22,416 nt of DNA from Vitrella brassicaformis CCMP3155 (taxonomy: Eukaryota > Protista > Chromerida): assembly GCA_001179505.1 (NCBI GenBank), contig CDMY01000771.1:1-22416 (forward strand). The letters run 5' to 3'. A program made the position numbers and the translations under genes. A model generated the notes under the pieces. It had not been told where the DNA came from. It searched no databases and was given only the letters and a program-made list of their open reading frames with translations. Below, piece after piece: positions 20,291-22,416 of this stretch (positions are counted from its first letter, which is position 1; the number at the start of each line of letters is the position of its first letter).

Positions 20291-20368
20291 TGTGTGTGGA
20301 TGGATGTGTGAGGGATGGATGTGTGGATGGACGCGTCGGTGGGTGGATGGGTGCCATGGATGCCAACA

Positions 20369-20640
20369 GCACTTCTTCAAGCTCTCGTTGTGTATGGGAT
20401 GTTTGAGTTCGTGGCGCGTGTGTGTTTATGTACAGGATGGGTGGCCGTGATGTGTGGCGGTTGTGTGTGGTGCACTGTATGTGCCCGATATCTGCCCTCA
20501 CAGAGACACTGTCAGGTGTGTGTGCGTGTGTGTCTGTGTGTCATACGATGGATAGCACTACGAAAGTATACATGGCCCCCTGTAGTGTGCCGCCGCAGCA
20601 GCATGTGGTTGTCGGAGCCAGCCCTGCGACAAACACGCAC
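20369..20640 (+). other. Short exon-like segments between microsatellite-rich introns; unidentified
   Basis: ccaacag|CACTTCTTCAAGCTCTCGTTGTGTATGGG (LLQALVVYGMFEFVA) and gtacag|...CAG|gtgtg splice-like boundaries. Confidence 0.25.
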
Positions 20641-21699
20641 ACAGAACACACACACACGCACACACACGCACACACACACACACGGAGAGTATACAACAAC
20701 GCATCCATCTGTCTACCTCCCCCTCACTGACCGAGAAACCTTTGATGAGGCGACCACATGAAGGGGGCCGCATGGGAAGCCCCATGCAACGGAACCAAAG
20801 GGATTGCAAGTCAGAGGGCGCCTGCCCAAAGCCGAGGCGAAACCTGATAGCGCGAAAACAGATAGCGCGAGAGCGTGTACATAATTGAGTGGCCGTCTCT
20901 CACGAAGCAACCCAGGTGTCACTGCAGAAGGTCTCGCATCATGAAAAAGTCCGTTTCCAATGTGAACGAATTGACAATGCGTCTCTGAGAGACAGAGAGG
21001 CTGTGTGTAAAGTGGGAGGCATTGTGTTGCACTGTCGCGTCGTGCGTTCTCTGTCACGATGGACCGAGTCATATACAACTGTCTCACAGATGGCATGTCT
21101 GGAGAACCAAACAAATAACCCCTCCCGTGACGTGCTAACCATGGGTGCTACATGCACACAACATATGACAGACCAGAGAAAATGCACCGCGAAGAAAAAT
21201 AGGGCCTCACGAGGGAGAAAAATGTACGCGAGACGATGAGTGCACACTCGTATGTGCCTCCTACGCCTCTTATCAGTGTTCGAACACTCATGGCCTACTC
21301 TCACATATCTTCGTTCGTCGAAAGCTACCCTGGCTTCATCTGCCTGTCACATTGCACGGACACATAGGAAAAAGAGTGCGCTCACAAAGAAAAAGAGGGG
21401 CTCGCGAGGTAAGAAAAAATATACCCAATGATAGGTGTAGAAGCCTACTTGGCTAGTCATTATATTACAAGACTCGTACCGTACTCACATGTCTTCGTCC
21501 ATTGAAGCCTCCAGCCTACCTTCAGCCGGCTCGCTTCCATTCGCACACGAGACGTCAACAATCAGCACCCGCTCTCTATCAGCGGCCTCTCTGAGTTGAA
21601 CGTCTTCCTCTTGTCCATGGCCATTTACCTGACAAAGAAGAGGAAAGGAGCTGCACACATAACATACTAGAGCAAGATGCCTTAGGGAAGGGATGATGC

Positions 21700-22229
21700 A
21701 GCTATGGCTGCTGGTCGTTTTCTGTCGGTGTCTGCTGCTTCAGCGGCTGAGACTCGGGCGCAACCTACACACACACACAAGAGGTCATGGCTGCATCCAC
21801 GAAACCGCAAAGTGGACCTCGCTACCTCTCCATTTGGGGCGGGCAGGTAGTCATTGCCTCTCAGCGGCTGTCGCACCGGGTCGCCCCCAGCCACACTCAC
21901 GTTGTGCACCACTCGCACACCTATACCAGCATATATACACGCTCATGTACACTCGTGTGCGTGTCTATGTCTGTGTGTGTGAGCGTACTGTCGAGTTGTG
22001 GCTGCAAGGGGACCATCTGTGTGGCCATGGGTGGGGCGGTCGGCAAATCTCCCACTGTGTAGCCAGCCAACTGACACACACACAACACACCACAGCACAC
22101 ACAATACGCACAGACGTGTGCACAGCGGCAGGGGGCATCTGTCTGTCCGTGTAGTGTGGATGGGTGGATGGATGGGGTCATACATTGGCCGTGCCCAGGA
22201 CCGGGTCCAGCCCAGTCGTTACCACCAGC
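21700..22229 (-). CDS. 3' exons of an unidentified multi-exon gene; upstream exon cut by array H
   Basis: Splice-like boundaries (CCAAT|gtatga, acacag|TGGGAG, GACA|gtacgc, GAG|gtagcg, tgtag|GTTGCG) with a terminal VAPESQPLKQQTPTENDQQP*. The frame of the upstream exons is ambiguous. Confidence 0.35.
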
Positions 22230-22416
22230 GAGTGTGTGTATATCATGAATGTCTCTCACCTGCGCATGCACGTGTCGACTTGGAGTCTGTGTATATGATG
22301 AATGGATCTGTGCGCACATCTGCGCATGCACGTGCGGACCTGGAGTGTGTGTATATGATGAATGTCTCTGTGCGCACACCTGCGCATGCACGTGTGGACT
22401 TGGAGTGCGTGTATAT
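22230..22416 (-). repeat. ~60-bp minisatellite array H (reverse orientation, runs off the window end)
   Basis: GACTTGGAGT / GACCTGGAGT repeats with ATGAATGTCTCTGTGCGCACACCTGCGCATGCACGTG. Confidence 0.97.

Noticed and set aside
19434-20368. Arrays as spliceable introns (introner-like), e.g. CG|gtgcgc...ccaacag
   Set aside because: Splicing this interval gives RTSSSSRCVWDV* rather than a continued ankyrin repeat. At the other arrays the far flank is a different gene.
1-22416. An autonomous Helitron, DNA transposase or telomeric repeat explaining the arrays
   Set aside because: No Rep/helicase or transposase ORF, no TC...CTRR termini, and no TTTAGGG/TTAGGG runs were seen in this window, so the mobilising machinery remains hypothetical.

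Overview
Eukaryotic, intron-rich, GC-rich DNA. It has short GT-AG introns full of (CA)n/(GTCT)n/(GA)n microsatellites, a style resembling a chromerid alveolate such as Vitrella; this is inference, not verified. The window is a mosaic. About 3.7 kb (~17%) is eight arrays of one ~60-bp modular, palindrome-rich minisatellite (consensus ~ACTCCAAGTC[C/G]ACACGTGCATGCGCAGGTGTGCGCACAGAGACATTCATCATATACACAC). The arrays occur in both orientations and include a ~1.5-kb foldback centred near 13796. Between them lie truncated, mutually unrelated coding fragments: a Ty1/Copia pol (PR-INT-RT-partial RNase H, no gag or LTR), a CRE/R2-type restriction-like endonuclease, the C-terminal part of an aspartate aminotransferase, a polycystin-1-like transmembrane region joined tail-to-tail to an MRS2/CorA fragment, an ankyrin fragment, a ubiquitin-like-domain gene and several orphans. 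Most arrays abut coding sequence mid-exon, with unrelated sequence on the far side. The best candidate for an undescribed system is a mobile or junction-forming minisatellite that caps or stitches broken gene and transposon fragments. Misassembly through the repeat is the main alternative and must be excluded with long reads.
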